From Macrostomum hystrix (taxonomy: Eukaryota > Animalia > Platyhelminthes), in contig CATNEN010000003.1 in NCBI GenBank assembly GCA_950097015.1, positions 13,950,001-14,014,000 on the forward strand: a stretch of DNA of 64,000 nt, given 5' to 3'. The position numbers and the translations under genes are program-made. Shown one piece after another: positions 39,182-51,016 of this stretch; the stretch's first letter is position 1; each line of letters begins with the position of its first letter. Under the pieces are notes generated by a model, which did no database searches, was not told the origin of the DNA, and saw only the letters and a program-made list of their open reading frames with translations.

Positions 39182-39629
39182 CAAGTGAAGCGCCGATGCC
39201 AGTTTGATCTGGACTCAGAGTGTCATTACTACCTGCAACGCTATGGCACCCACCTCAGCCGGTTAAGCTTCCTGATGCGTAGGAAACAGTTGGAGCCCGC
39301 GTTGGCCTACTGCGTAGAAAATGCGGTCGCACCTGATGCAATGATTGAAGGTGTGGTTAGTCCAGCTATTCAAAACGGCAGCGCGGAAGTACTGGTGCTA
39401 CTGTTAGAGCGGGGACTCGATCAACTATCGGACTATTGGAGGCCTTGCCTGCCGAAGATTTGCGACTGTCTGCTGAAATCTGGACTGTCTCAACCGCTGT
39501 ATCAGCTTCAGTGCCGAACTGGGGACCACGTGCGAGCCGCTATGACCTGCGTCCACGAGTTTCACCTTCGCGGCGCGACTAGCTATACCCAGCTGGCTGC
39601 TCGGCGAGAACCGTTGGAGAGGGCCATTG
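39182..39629 (+). CDS. ZFYVE26: ZFYVE26 coding exon
   Basis: Acceptor ctccgcag|, donor |gtgagc; phase 0 in, 1 out. ECHYYLQRYGTH and LYQLQ...DHVRAAMTC are spastizin hallmarks. Confidence 0.92.
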
Positions 39630-39649
39630 GTGAGCTGGGATTCGGCAAT

Positions 39650-40215
39650 GAGGGATTGTCTGTGTTGCTAGGGGATTATCTGTGTTGCTAGGGGATTATC
39701 TGGGGTTGCTAAAGGATTGTCTGGTTTTTCTAGAGGATTATCTGGTGTTGCTAGAGGGTTATCTGTGTTGCTTGGGGATTATCTGTGTTGCTAGGGGATT
39801 ATCTGGGGTTGCTAGGGGATTATCTGGTATTGCTAGAGGATTATCTGTGTTGCTAGGGGATTATTTGTGTTGCTAGAGGATTATCAGTGTTGCTAGGGGA
39901 TTATCTGTGTTGCTAGGGGATTATCTGGGGTTGCTAAAGGATTGGCTGGTTTTTCTAGAGGATTATATGGTGTTGCTAGAGGATTATCTGTGTTGCTAGG
40001 GTATTATCTCATGTTGCTAGAGGATTATCTGGTGTTGCTAGAGGATTATCTGGTGTTGCTAGAGGATTATCTGTGTTGCTAGGGGATTATCTGTGTTGCT
40101 AGGGGATTTTCTGTGTTGCTAGGGGATTATCTGGTGTTGCTAGAGGATTATCTGTGTTGCTAGGGGATTATCTGGTGTTGCTAGAGGATTATCTAGTTGT
40201 AGCTGGGGATTATTA
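39650..40215. repeat. Minisatellite, 20/21-bp unit
   Basis: Unit gttgctaggggattatctgt; starts about 20 bp after the donor. Confidence 0.95.
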
Positions 40216-40373
40216 GTTTGTAGCTAGGTGAACTTCGATTAACCTCGATTAATCTAACGAATTAAAGTAGATTTGTCAAATGGATTAACGTGGACTAGTC
40301 GAATGGATTAACGTGGATTAGTCAAGGCAGTCAAATCCCATTGTCCCACACCCGTCCCCGCCGACACATGCAG

Positions 40374-40885
40374 GCCACCTTCGCCAGGCGATGAGGTCTT
40401 TATCCAGCGGCGAGTCACCAGACCTGACCTGCATTCTTCGCCTACCAGAGAAGGAGCTTCGAAGTTTAATCCGCAGCCTTCAGCTTCACCTGGACGTTGT
40501 GGCCTATCTGGGCAAAGCTGCCATTGCTGAACGTAAGCCAGTGACGTCATTCAGACTGCCTAATCCGCTGCCGACACTGCTGACACCGAATCGCGGCGAA
40601 GCGCTCATAGATTTGAGTCTACTAATCTTGCTGTCGTCTCCGCTAATAACCGACGGATTGAGTGTGCTGTCTAGGCTCAGCTCTGACATTCCTCTGCCGT
40701 CTGATCGCATTGCTGAACTAGCCATTCGATACCTGGCTAAAGATGGTCGATCCGATTCGATGAAAGAACTGCTGAGTTGTTGGTCTAGCGAGCCCAGGCT
40801 AAGTCTGGGATTAACTAAGGATCAGGTGGACTCACTAATTGTCACGGCCATGCGTAAAATGACACCGGAGATGCTGCAAGCTCAG
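40374..40885 (+). CDS. ZFYVE26: ZFYVE26 coding exon
   Basis: Acceptor catgcag| (phase 1, giving ..RAIGHLRQAM..) and donor |gtaaat. Contains LQLHLDVVAYL and LPTLL. Confidence 0.85.
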
Positions 40886-41027
40886 GTAAATTAATTAACT
40901 GGCGAATATTTCTACTGCTTCTCATTTAGCTACTCATAGTAGAAATGCAAGCATTTTTGTAATCAAATTTCTTAACTTCTAGCGAATTGTTTTTTTATTA
41001 GGCTTATCAAACAGGTACTTCAAATAT

Positions 41028-41176
41028 GTGACACTTTTGTCAAACAGGTAGTTCCAACAGGTAATAAATTTATCATACAGGTAGTTCCAACAGGTAATAA
41101 ATTTATCATACAGGTAGTTCCAACAGGTAATAAATTTATCATACAGGTAGTTCCAACAGGTAATTAATTTATCATA
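41028..41176. repeat. Short tandem repeat, 33-bp unit with CAGGTA motifs
   Basis: caggtagttccaacaggtaataaatttatcata, about 4 copies. Confidence 0.9.
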
Positions 41177-41214
41177 TAGAATTGATGAATATTCGCCTTC
41201 TTTTTTTAAAACAG

Positions 41215-41433
41215 CCCAACTTGTCCGAAGACCTATTAAAGCTAATTAGTTCAGTTTCCAAGCGAATTGAGGCGCTAATAGTTACTGGCAAGCTTAAGAA
41301 GGCATACCTATTGGCAGTCAGCAGCAACAACCCGGCTTTGGTCACTCAAGTGCGCGATGAAGCCGCCCAGAAGGGTCAAGCTCCTTTAAGGGACATGGCC
41401 GACAAATGGCTGGCGTCTAGATCTGGCGACTGA
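41215..41433 (+). CDS. ZFYVE26: ZFYVE26 terminal coding exon (stop TGA ends at 41433)
   Basis: Acceptor aaacag|. GKLKKAYLLAV...LVTQVRDEA...DMADKWL matches the spastizin C-terminus. Confidence 0.9.
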   Translation, partial: PNLSEDLLKLISSVSKRIEALIVTGKLKKAYLLAVSSNNPALVTQVRDEAAQKGQAPLRDMADKWLASRSGD

Positions 41434-41544
41434 ATAACGAGTTTTTGCGTTTTTTATTTACGCACAGCCCTTCAAATGGACTTTTGCCAAACTGTGTGTA
41501 CTTTTATAATCATTTCATGTATGCTTGTAGGCTGCGCTTTGATT

Positions 41545-42166
41545 TATGACCTCCGAGTGGGTAATTAGGTGTGAAAGTGGCTGCTTTGGCCTAGCCGACC
41601 CTGGACTGATTTTGTTTTATGACCACAGAGGGGGTAATTAGGTGTGAAAGTGGCTGCTTTGGCCTAGCCGACCCTAGACTGATTTTGTTTTGTGACCACA
41701 GAGGGGGTAATTGGGTGTGAAAGTGGCTGCTTTGGCCTAGCCGACCTTGGACAGAATTTTGTTTCATGACCTCCGAGTGGATAATTTGATGTGAAAGTGG
41801 CTGCTTTGGCCTAGCCGACCCTGGACTGATTTTGTTTTATGACCACAGAGGGGGTAATTAGGTTTGAAAGTGGCTGCTTTGGCCTAGCCGACCCTGGACA
41901 GAGTTTTGTTTTATGACCACAGAGGGGGTAATTAGGTGTGAAAGTGGCTGGTTTGGCCTAGCCGACCCTGGACAGAGTTTTGTTTTATGACCACAGAGGG
42001 GGTAATTAGGTGTGAAAGTGGCTGGTTTGGCCTAGCCGACCCTGGACTGATTTTGTTTTATGACCACAGAGGGAGTAATTAGGTGTGAAAGTGGCTGCTT
42101 TGGCCTAGCCGACCCTGGTCAGAGTTTTGTTTCATGACCTCCGAGTGGATAATTAGGTGTGAAAGT
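41545..42166. repeat. 73-bp tandem repeat (about 8.5 copies) just 3' of the ZFYVE26 stop
   Basis: Unit aggtgtgaaagtggctgctttggcctagccgaccctggactgattttgttttatgaccacagagggggtaatt. Confidence 0.95.
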
Positions 42167-42833
42167 AAAATGTTCATTAGCCAATTTCTTGCGTGATTAT
42201 TATTCACTATCGTACTCTTACTCCGTATTTGAACTCCATAGTTAAATTTATTTTCTAAATAAGTGAGATTTTAACATATACGATAAAATTGTAAAAAAAT
42301 GCGTATAATGTTCAGAAATTTCAAGCAAAAAATATACTTTTTTCCCACCCGTTCATTCATTTAGTGATTATGCGTTTCGTGTAGAGTCTGCTATTTGAGT
42401 GCAAGTTTTTGTATCGACTATTATTTGCAATTTTTTCGTAAAAATACAAATTCAGTTATGTTGCCAGTTATTCGTTCTCTCTGATTACTATAATTAAAGA
42501 ATATTCTTATCCCATAACTACACTTCTGGTGAGTTAAGTGATTACTGCCATGCGTTTGCTTCAGTATTACTATGGTCAATATGGTCATTGTAGTATTTAT
42601 TCCAGTTAAATATCAGACAATACCCAAATCACTTCCACCTTTTTATCTCGTTTATTTTATTTCCTACGTATCATTCAGTCACCGAAATTCTCCACTTTTT
42701 GGTTTTTTAATTCTAAATATAAAACCAGTAGTTAAATTTGTGATAATCATGCGAAATAATAAAAACATGGTTGTTTTTGTTTTTTTGTTAACTTACTTTG
42801 AAACAAATATTTTTGTCTAACTTTAAGGAACAA

Positions 42834-43210
42834 GGGGGTCGGTGGCAGAGCGGTTAACGCGTTTGCCTCTCGCATCAAGGTCCCTGGGCTCGATTCCGCG
42901 GCGAGACCATATTTATTTGGGACGCAGTCGCGGAGAGAAGGCTTGGGGGCTTGTCGTGCAATTTACGCCCTTGAGGGCGAACCTCCAAGGCACAGTGAGA
43001 GTGTACACTGCCTGATGATGAGAAAGTCAGGGCAGATGTACACACCTGTGTGAGCGTGTGCCTGCGTACGGTATCTGTGTGCGTGTGTGCTCAGGAGTCA
43101 ACGGAGTGGGCAGAATTGCCTCCCCGCTGGCTGCGGGTCTAGTGTCTCTAGATGATGTGCCCTGGCCTGCAGCCGACCAAACCAGCCTGAACAACGGCCT
43201 CTAAACTAAA
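42834..43210 (+). mobile_element. tRNA-derived SINE family 1, long copy
   Basis: A-box tggcagagcgg, B-box-like ggctcgattcc, short ctaaa tail. Homologous segments at 16926-17143 and 26141-26202. Confidence 0.8.
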
Positions 43211-43367
43211 TTACATCCTATTCTCATTTATAGGAGCTGAGAAGACGACAGAAGGCGGTTGAGATAGGAGTCACAACTATTTTTATCATTCTGTCTGGAC
43301 TCCCATTGGCTACTATAAATATAAAAACTAAGTCGTTTGGCACCGACGACAATATGGTCCTTTTTAA

Positions 43368-43978
43368 CAGTAGGACTACCAAGCCATTTTGCCGCCCGTT
43401 TTTATACCAAGGGGGGTTTCCAATTTCCCCCCTGACAATTTTTTTGGCAGCGCCCGAATGCTAACAGCGTTGGGTGGTGACTGATTGGTTGACAGACTAG
43501 GCGATGGTGTCCTGTGGTTGAGCTGCGCCTAATATTTTGGCTTGAGCATTGAAATTTGAGCAATTCGTGTCAGGGTGTCCATAGTGGCCTAGTTCCACCT
43601 GTTGTAGCCCTTGAAGGTCCAGCAGTCTGTCTAGATAAAGGTAGGTGACCACCGAAGACGGAGATGATGCAGGCACACTCGGGTGACATGCTGATCAATT
43701 TTGAAGGCCTGGCAAGGCCGCACTGAGGCGCAGTGCAAATTCGTGTATGGGGTGTATGAAATACACAAGCTCTTACGGGAAAAATCGGACCTTCGGCCAG
43801 AAACATTGAATATCTCGACGGTCTGAAGAGCTGGTGACTTGTTTCTTGTTTGAGAAGATGCGCAACAAAAAGTTGCCTCGTGTTCTTGAGTTTCGTGTGC
43901 TTGCGTTGTTCCGTTCGGGTGCAGCAAAAAAAATTGTCAGGGGGGGAGGAATTTCCCCCCCTCTTGGTAGTTCTACTG
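43368..43978. mobile_element. Non-autonomous TIR DNA transposon (MITE-like, 611 bp) flanked by TTAA
   Basis: TTAA at 43364-43367 and 43979-43982. Terminal inverted repeat cagtag(g/a)actaccaag (15/16). Inner inverted repeat cccccctgacaattttttt..gc.gc.cccgaa near both ends. No transposase ORF. Confidence 0.8.
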
Positions 43979-45484
43979 TTAAAGACCATGAAGGGAAAAC
44001 ACACTGCTTAGTCTTGATTTCTAAATATTGTATTTTTTTATTAAGTAACAAAGATTCTCTTTGTTGAAACGTTTATTCATTTACTATATAGGGTTTTGTG
44101 TTTAGTCAATTAAATAAACAAAAAGTTATTTATAGTTTAACGATGAAAATATACTTTGGTATTCACCTTACGTCTTGCCCAGTTATTCACGGTTCGGTTT
44201 TCTATTGAGAAATAACAATACTGTAATTCTGACTTATTTTAAACGAAACACATACGAAACAGTAAGTGTCCTGAACTTTTTTTACTATCTTAATACAAAG
44301 GTTGCTGCACTTTTAATTTCTGCGATTAGGACTACTGTAAGACGGTTTTGTACGATTAAAAAATATACATTAAATCACAAGTTAACAATAATTTGTTTAA
44401 GGGGCGACGAACTGAAAAATTAATATGATTAATTATCTTAAAAAACTAGAAAGGGTTACGCAGCTAGATATGGGTCAAAATTGAACACTGCAAAAATTAT
44501 TCGCCATCAAACATGGAAATTGATAAAAAGGACTTCACTTCCAGATTTTAATATCGCATGCAAGATTCCAAAGTTATTAACTTCTCTATTGTATGCAAAT
44601 GGATTTAAATACAATATTTTTGTTTCATTACTATATGTAATATTTATAAAGAGCTATTACTACGAGTATTATAACTATACACAAAAAGGAAAAAATAAAA
44701 ACCTATAAAAGTATTTTCTGTGCGTTTCGGTGCAGACAGGTCATCATGAACTAGTTTATGTACACAAAAATCAAACGGCAATTCTTATGTGCATGGCTAG
44801 TTTTTTAGTTGTTTGAGTATTAAATAGGACTTTATGATTGCATATGATACCCAAAGGTTAAGTATTTAAATAAAGACACAAAACACAATGTATACTGTAG
44901 CAATATTGCACAAATGCGCAGAAATTAAATTTTCAAAATAAAGGTGACAATTTTTATGGACACTGCGTTGTAATAGGTTTGTGTAATAGGATTGAATGCG
45001 AAAAACAAAACCGCATGGACCTGAAGCAATATTACGTTGCATTTGTGTGTTCGCTCTGTAACCGCCCGATCGATAATTGGACGTCCGATGAGTAATACAT
45101 GTACATGGTGCTAAAAATAGCAACAAGTTTCTTTCTAGTTTTACCATAGCTAATTATTGGAGTGAGGTTGGCAGTACATATGGAACAATTTCCATCGACC
45201 ATATGCATATAAATATATGCACTTTGCTATATTCTAAAGGGAATGCTGTCCAGTGATATAATAACTGAAGGCTTGATAAAACACTAAAATTTTGTTATAA
45301 TAAATCACCGTGAATTGCTTCAGCCGTATGAGAATGGGTTGATCATCGATTAAGAAAGTAAAATTATGAAACAGACAGATTCTCAATAATTCTCTGATAA
45401 ACTTTTGTGCGCTAAATGACAACTCTCATAACTAGTGTTTCATTTTTCGCAGGCAGATAACTCGAAAACAGATTATAAGAAAAT

Positions 45485-45789
45485 TCAGTTCTCTTCCGAA
45501 CTGTCGTCAGATTCGGAGGGCACCTCAAGACCCGGATGCAGTGTCAGCTGAACATTCCGATTCAGATTGACAGCCGGATAGAATGTGCCCTTCAGGCCGA
45601 CGAAGGCTATTGGTCCGTGCGGCTCGTCATTGACATAGTAGGACAGAGTTCCCTTGTCACAGTCCAGTCTGACACCAACAATGCTACCCTTGGCGATGCC
45701 ACCGTCGCATCGTTCAGCGTGCTCGCCATTGTGAAGGAACCAGCTTCGTTTGAAGTCGATGTACATTGACCAGCCTCGATTGTCGCGAC
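45485..45789 (-). CDS. TRIM9: TRIM9/TRIM67 ortholog, terminal SPRY exon
   Basis: Acceptor gacaag|GT, phase 1. Encodes GRDNRGWSMYIDFKRSWFLHN...GGIAKGSIVGVRLDCDKGTLSYYVNDEPHGPIAF...FYPAVNLNRNVQLTLHPGL; stop ends at 45485. Confidence 0.93.
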
Positions 45790-46514
45790 CTTGTCATGAG
45801 AAATCGAGTTTTTTCTTACAATATACTGTAGGAGCTACTAATGAGTACTCAAAACAAAGTGAGATCTAGTACTTCTATGTTAGTTTTAAATGGCGACAGA
45901 ATTATGGGTGAAAGTTCCCCTTCTTCCTCTTTATCTTTCTTTCTCCTACGTTTTCTCTTCCCTATTGGCCTCAACTTTTTCTTCCTCTCGCCGAGTTGCT
46001 CTTCTCAAAAGCAACGAGGCGTGACACCAACTTAGAGTATTTTATCTTTACAGCCGTCCGCATCCTCTCTCCTCTTAGTCCCCCGATGTCGAGGGCCGCT
46101 TGTCGAGAGATTTAAGACTGAAACTCTCCCTTCCCCAGTTAGGTATAGTGAGCATCTCTAAAGGTTTTTTTGACTTGAAAATTTAGATGCCACTGCTTTT
46201 AGCCGCGCACGTTTTAGTTATACTCGATTTGGCACGCCAAGTTGCTGCGTTGCAATCTCGTCCCGCAGCTCCGCAGCTCCCATTTAGTGCTCAGTCTGAG
46301 TCCGAGCTCATCTCAAAATTTGGGGGAGTTTTGCTTGACCTACACTGTCCGGGGGATTTCCATGGTTGAATGAAATAGCTATGCTTCGATCTCTTAAGGT
46401 CACTCTTAGTTAAATATAATTATCGTACCTCAAAGCTTGATAACGTTGGCCCTTGGTGAACGATTTTTTTGAAAAAATTTTAAGAACTGAACAGAAACAA
46501 ATAGAAATATTAAT

Positions 46515-46790
46515 GAAGCCCGCATTGCCAAGGAGTTTAGAGCGTTGGACTGATGACTTGAAGGTCGGAGGTTCGATTCCTGACTCCACTGGAACAATTT
46601 GTGTCATTTAGCAAGATAATTAACTATTTCATTGGTTCAGTTCACTCAGCTGCTAAATGGTTATTAGCTGGGGTAATTAAGAGGGTGGGTGGGTGACTTC
46701 CCTACCCAGTCCATGGACTGAACAGCCGTACGCAGCCTTCAGATGCGCCGCGCAATAGCTGCGGCTGTGCTGTTCAGTCTATGGACTATA
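46515..46790 (+). mobile_element. tRNA-derived SINE family 2 with 3' hairpin
   Basis: A-box-like ttgccaaggagtttagagcgttggact, B-box ggttcgattcc, central gttcagttcactcagctgctaaatgg. A second head copy lies on - at 50895-50973. Confidence 0.7.
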
Positions 46791-48423
46791 CTTATATAAT
46801 AGACTAATAGACAAAACTCAGTCTGTGAATCCTATACAGCCAATAATAAGGGAGCTTTACAATTACAATTAACTGCACGACTAATTATTATAATCTAGGG
46901 ATTGGTAGCAGCAACTGCCGTGAGTCCATAATTCTCATTCTAAAAGCCTTTGAGCAGCTTTTTTACCAGCTCTTTATCTATTTTCTGCCTGCGGCCCTCT
47001 TACGGTCTGACACGTTGCAATTAATTATTCCAATCTGGCATAGCAGAGAGAGGGAGGGAGAGACAGTGGGAGAGGGGTACTTATTATGAGGGCGACTGAG
47101 GGCGCACAATATTGGGATTCGTGAGAAGAGCATAAGTCCAAATCCACAGGCCTCTCATGCGCTGACCAGCTGTGGATACAAGATCTCTGGTTAATGCGTA
47201 CAGGGCTAGATTTATTACTATATGCAGTAGCAAGCATTCCTATAGCCTGGGTCATTTATCTATATAATCTAATCTAAATAATCAGATAGTTTGCAAGGCT
47301 AGATCAGTATTATGCCTTCAATTTTACTATGCAAGAGTCTAAATAATATGCGAGTTATTTATTTTATAAGCGCAGTTTGACGAAAAGCACTTGACAGGTA
47401 GCTGACAGCAGCGTGTCACATTGTGATTATCGGTGCCAGGAGCAAGTTTGGTTTGGGCCTATTACTTTTTTCGTCGTTAGTTGTTGCACGCTATCGAAAT
47501 GGAAATTTTTCGGACCTGTCAATCTTTTCTGGCTTGCTCGTTTTTTTGCATGTCTCGCCAAATTATTAACTACAAAAGTACTTTTTGCAGTTTCCAAATA
47601 TTTGATTTTGGCAATGGACATTTGGTGTGCTAAAGTTCGGGATTTTCCTACTAGACGGTGCTTCTAAAAATAGCAACATACCCAATCCTATTTAACCAAT
47701 CGGCGGATAGGGGCTTCAAATTCAACCTATTCGAACTTATTTTATTGGCTAGGGTCGCTGTCACGTGATTATGTTGGTTTTGGTAAGTCAACTGTTTCTA
47801 AAAATAGTAACATACAATAGTAACAATCGGCTTTGACCAATCAGTGGCTATCAGTCGCTTAAATTGAGATAAGTAAAACGAGCTAAGTAAATAAGAGGAG
47901 AGTTAAGTCGATTAGATAAGGACCCAAATTATTAATTAATTGAAGTTACGCTACTATAATAAAATTTGTTAGTTTAACCTTTCATTAACTGATTAATCGG
48001 GATACAAAGTACAAATCTCTAGAATTATTTTACAATCCAATTACACCTGCATCACATGATTTCCAACTTACCTGCCTCTCCTTTCTCTACCCCATCAACT
48101 TCCTCGCCGTTCACTGCTCTATTTGCTTGCTTACAAGCTCTACTCAACTTTGAGCATTAGTTTGCCATATTAACATGAAATTCTGCGTTGAACCATAGGG
48201 AGTGTTTTTTGGGTGGGGTTCGCGTGACTAGCAGAATGAAGAATCTGGAGCGGATGCTAAATGACTGGCTGGCTAGAATTCTGTCTTCTATAGGAGCAGA
48301 GTATACCTCTCGACTTTCAAGATTTTTTTCTTTAAGTAGATTCCATGCTGCTGGGTGCCCTGATTTAGATGTTTTAGGAATTGCTAAAACAACTATGAAC
48401 GAATACACATCTAAGGACCACGT

Positions 48424-48920
48424 ATAGAATAGAATAGAATATGATGGAATAGAATAGAATAGAATAGAATAGAATGGAATAGAATAGAATAGAATAGAAT
48501 AGAAAAGAATAGAATAAAATAGAACAGAACATAATAGCATAGAATAGAATAGAAGAGAATATAATTGAATAGAATGGAATAGAAAAAGAATAGAATAGAA
48601 TAGAATATAATATAATGGAATAGAATGGAATAGAATAGAATAGAATAGAATAGAAAAGAATAGAATAAAATAGAACAGAATAGAATAGTATAAAATAATA
48701 TGAATAAAATAGAACAGAACATAATAGCATAGAATAGAATAGAAGAGAATATAATTGAATAGAATGGAATAGAAAAAGAATAGAATAGAATAGAATGGAA
48801 TGGGATAGAATATAATAGAATATAATATAATAGAATAGAATAGAATGGAATGGAATGGAATAGAATGGAATAGAATGGAATATAATAGAATATAATAGAA
48901 TAGAATAAAGTTGAATAGAA
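48424..48920. repeat. (AATAG)n microsatellite, degenerate
   Basis: aatag/aatgg pentamer runs. Confidence 0.95.
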
Positions 48921-49669
48921 AAAATATAATCCAAGACATAATAATTAGTTTGGCCTACATGCTGCCCCTAGAAATGCTTAGCTCGATCGCACAAGAGTTA
49001 AGCTAACATACGATGAAAGCAAACTTTTATCCGCCCTTGCAGTCTGAGTTATTACCATCCGCTCTACTAATGCATTTACGAATACCCCATACAATGTGCA
49101 GGTTTTTACCTGTTTACAGTACAGGATAGGTGATTCATCTATTGAGGAATGCATTGCAAACAACTACATTATACGCTGATAATGCATAGTTGTGCAAGAA
49201 CCTAACTAAACATTGCTGATTGAAGGAGGATAAATAGGGAGAGAGAGAGAGAGAGAGAACAAGAATGAGGTATTGGGGGAGCAGGAGAGGCAGTGAAGGG
49301 AAAAGTGGGGTGAGCAATATCTGCAAAGAATCCCAGGCTATGATGTAATAACCCGTGTTTGTGTGCGTGCGTGTGCAATACCTCGGAAAGCTGCTGCGAA
49401 TTCGGTTACCTCACGAGAGATATGAAATTTTACTATATTATTGACGTATTTTTTCGCCAAAGCTTATTCAATTGATTTTTTGGAATAATCAGTTGAGCTG
49501 ACTAAGCAAAATTGATACTCAAATTTTCTCATCTCCTTTTTTGCAACAATTATTGGCGGTTATTCGCAGCCACATATAATGCTTAAAATTATAGGTCATT
49601 TGAAGAATTCAAAAGAAGATAGTAGGTTTTGGGTTTATGGTGAAGAGATGGGGTTGGGGAGATATGAGA

Positions 49670-50376
49670 TTTAGGAGAGATAAGACTCGGGAAAGATTAG
49701 ACAAGGGAGAGATGAGACACGGGAGAGATTAGACATAGGAGAGATGAGACATAGGAGAGATGAGACACAGGAGAGATAAGACTCGGGAGAGATCAGATAC
49801 AGGCGTGAAAAGACACGGGAGAGATGAGACAGGGGAGAGATGAGACACGGGAGAGATGAGACAGGGGAGAGATGAGACACGGGAGAGATGAGACACGGGA
49901 GAGATGAGACACGGGAGAGATGAGACACAGGAGAGATGAGACACAAGAGAGATGAGACACGGGAGAGATGAGACACGAGAGAGATGAGACACGGGAGACA
50001 TGAGACACGGGAGAGATGAGACACGGGAGAGATGAGACACGGGAGAGATGAGACTCGGGAGAGATGAGATACGGGAGAGATGAGACACGGGAGACATGAG
50101 ACACGGGAGACATGAGACACGGGAGACATGAGACACGGGAGACAGAGACACGGGAGACATGAGACACAGGAGAGATGAGACACGGGAGAGATGGGACAGC
50201 GGAGATGAGACGCGAGAGAGATGAGACACGGTAGACAGAGACACGGGAGACAGAGACACGGGAGACAGAGACACGAGAGACATGAGACACGGGAGACAGA
50301 GACACGAGAGACATGAGACACAGGAGAGATAAGACACGGGAGAGATGAGACAGCGGAGATGAGACACGGGAGAGAT
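49670..50376. repeat. Minisatellite, 16-bp unit (reverse complement of the 13.2-kb array)
   Basis: Unit gggagagatgagacac. Confidence 0.95.
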
Positions 50377-50894
50377 ATGCCTTCCAATATGGTGCAAAGC
50401 CATTGTCCTGGATAAATCTGGCTGCCTAGGAGAACTTTTATTGGCCCGTGGCCGTGGGTCGGGTCGTGAATAGAATTTTATAGAATGTATAGATAGATGG
50501 CTAACGGCTAGTTACTGGCATATGTTTGGCTCAAAGGCAATAAAACCTTTAAACACGCATTGATTGCAGACAACAACAAGAGATGATGCTATACAACAGA
50601 GGAAACGTTGAGGCTCCATGGGCCGGATACACGGATAGTAGATAAAGTGATGAGTCACACTCTAAAAACGCCCATCATTAAAAAAACTGATGCCCTTCTC
50701 AGTCTAAGACTCAAACATCATACCCTTATAGTTTGAATTTTTCTTGAAATAGCAAAAATTAACAGCAAGAAAAAAACACGCACAATATCTTTTTTGCCTT
50801 TGAGTAAGATTCTTATTGGAGTAATTGAGGAATTGGTGTGACGTTAGCCCAGTCCATGGACTGACATACACGGCGAACGTAGAATATACTCAAC

Positions 50895-50973
50895 CCCACT
50901 CAAGGCAGATGTTTGTTCCATTGAAGTCGGGGAATCGAACCCCCGACCTTCAAGTCGTGAGTCCAAGGCTCGT
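50895..50973 (-). mobile_element. SINE family 2 head fragment
   Basis: The reverse complement gagccttggactcacgacttgaaggtcgggggttcgattccccgacttcaatggaacaa aligns with 46539-46597. Confidence 0.7.
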
Positions 50974-51016
50974 GTTTTTCAAATATCCGCATAGATACAA
51001 GAACAAAGAGTCTCAC

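Noticed and set aside
42834-42908. tRNA gene candidates (also 10955, 16926, 46515, 50895)
   Set aside because: A/B boxes are present but the cloverleaf stems are incomplete, and each head continues into a non-tRNA body, so they are SINE heads.
43009-43036. Hammerhead-like string ctgatga..gaaa.gtc in the SINE (also ctgacga..gaaagtc at 26186)
   Set aside because: Only 3 nt separate CUGAUGA from GAAA (no helix II) and there is no helix III before GUC. The region is better explained as a simple hairpin. An Rfam hammerhead cmsearch would settle it.
47640-47850. CCAAT boxes and gtcacgtgat E-box suggesting a promoter
   Set aside because: Intronic, with no adjacent gene start. Such motifs and the local direct repeat (aaaaatag.aacatac) are common in transposon remnants. 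Unsupported.
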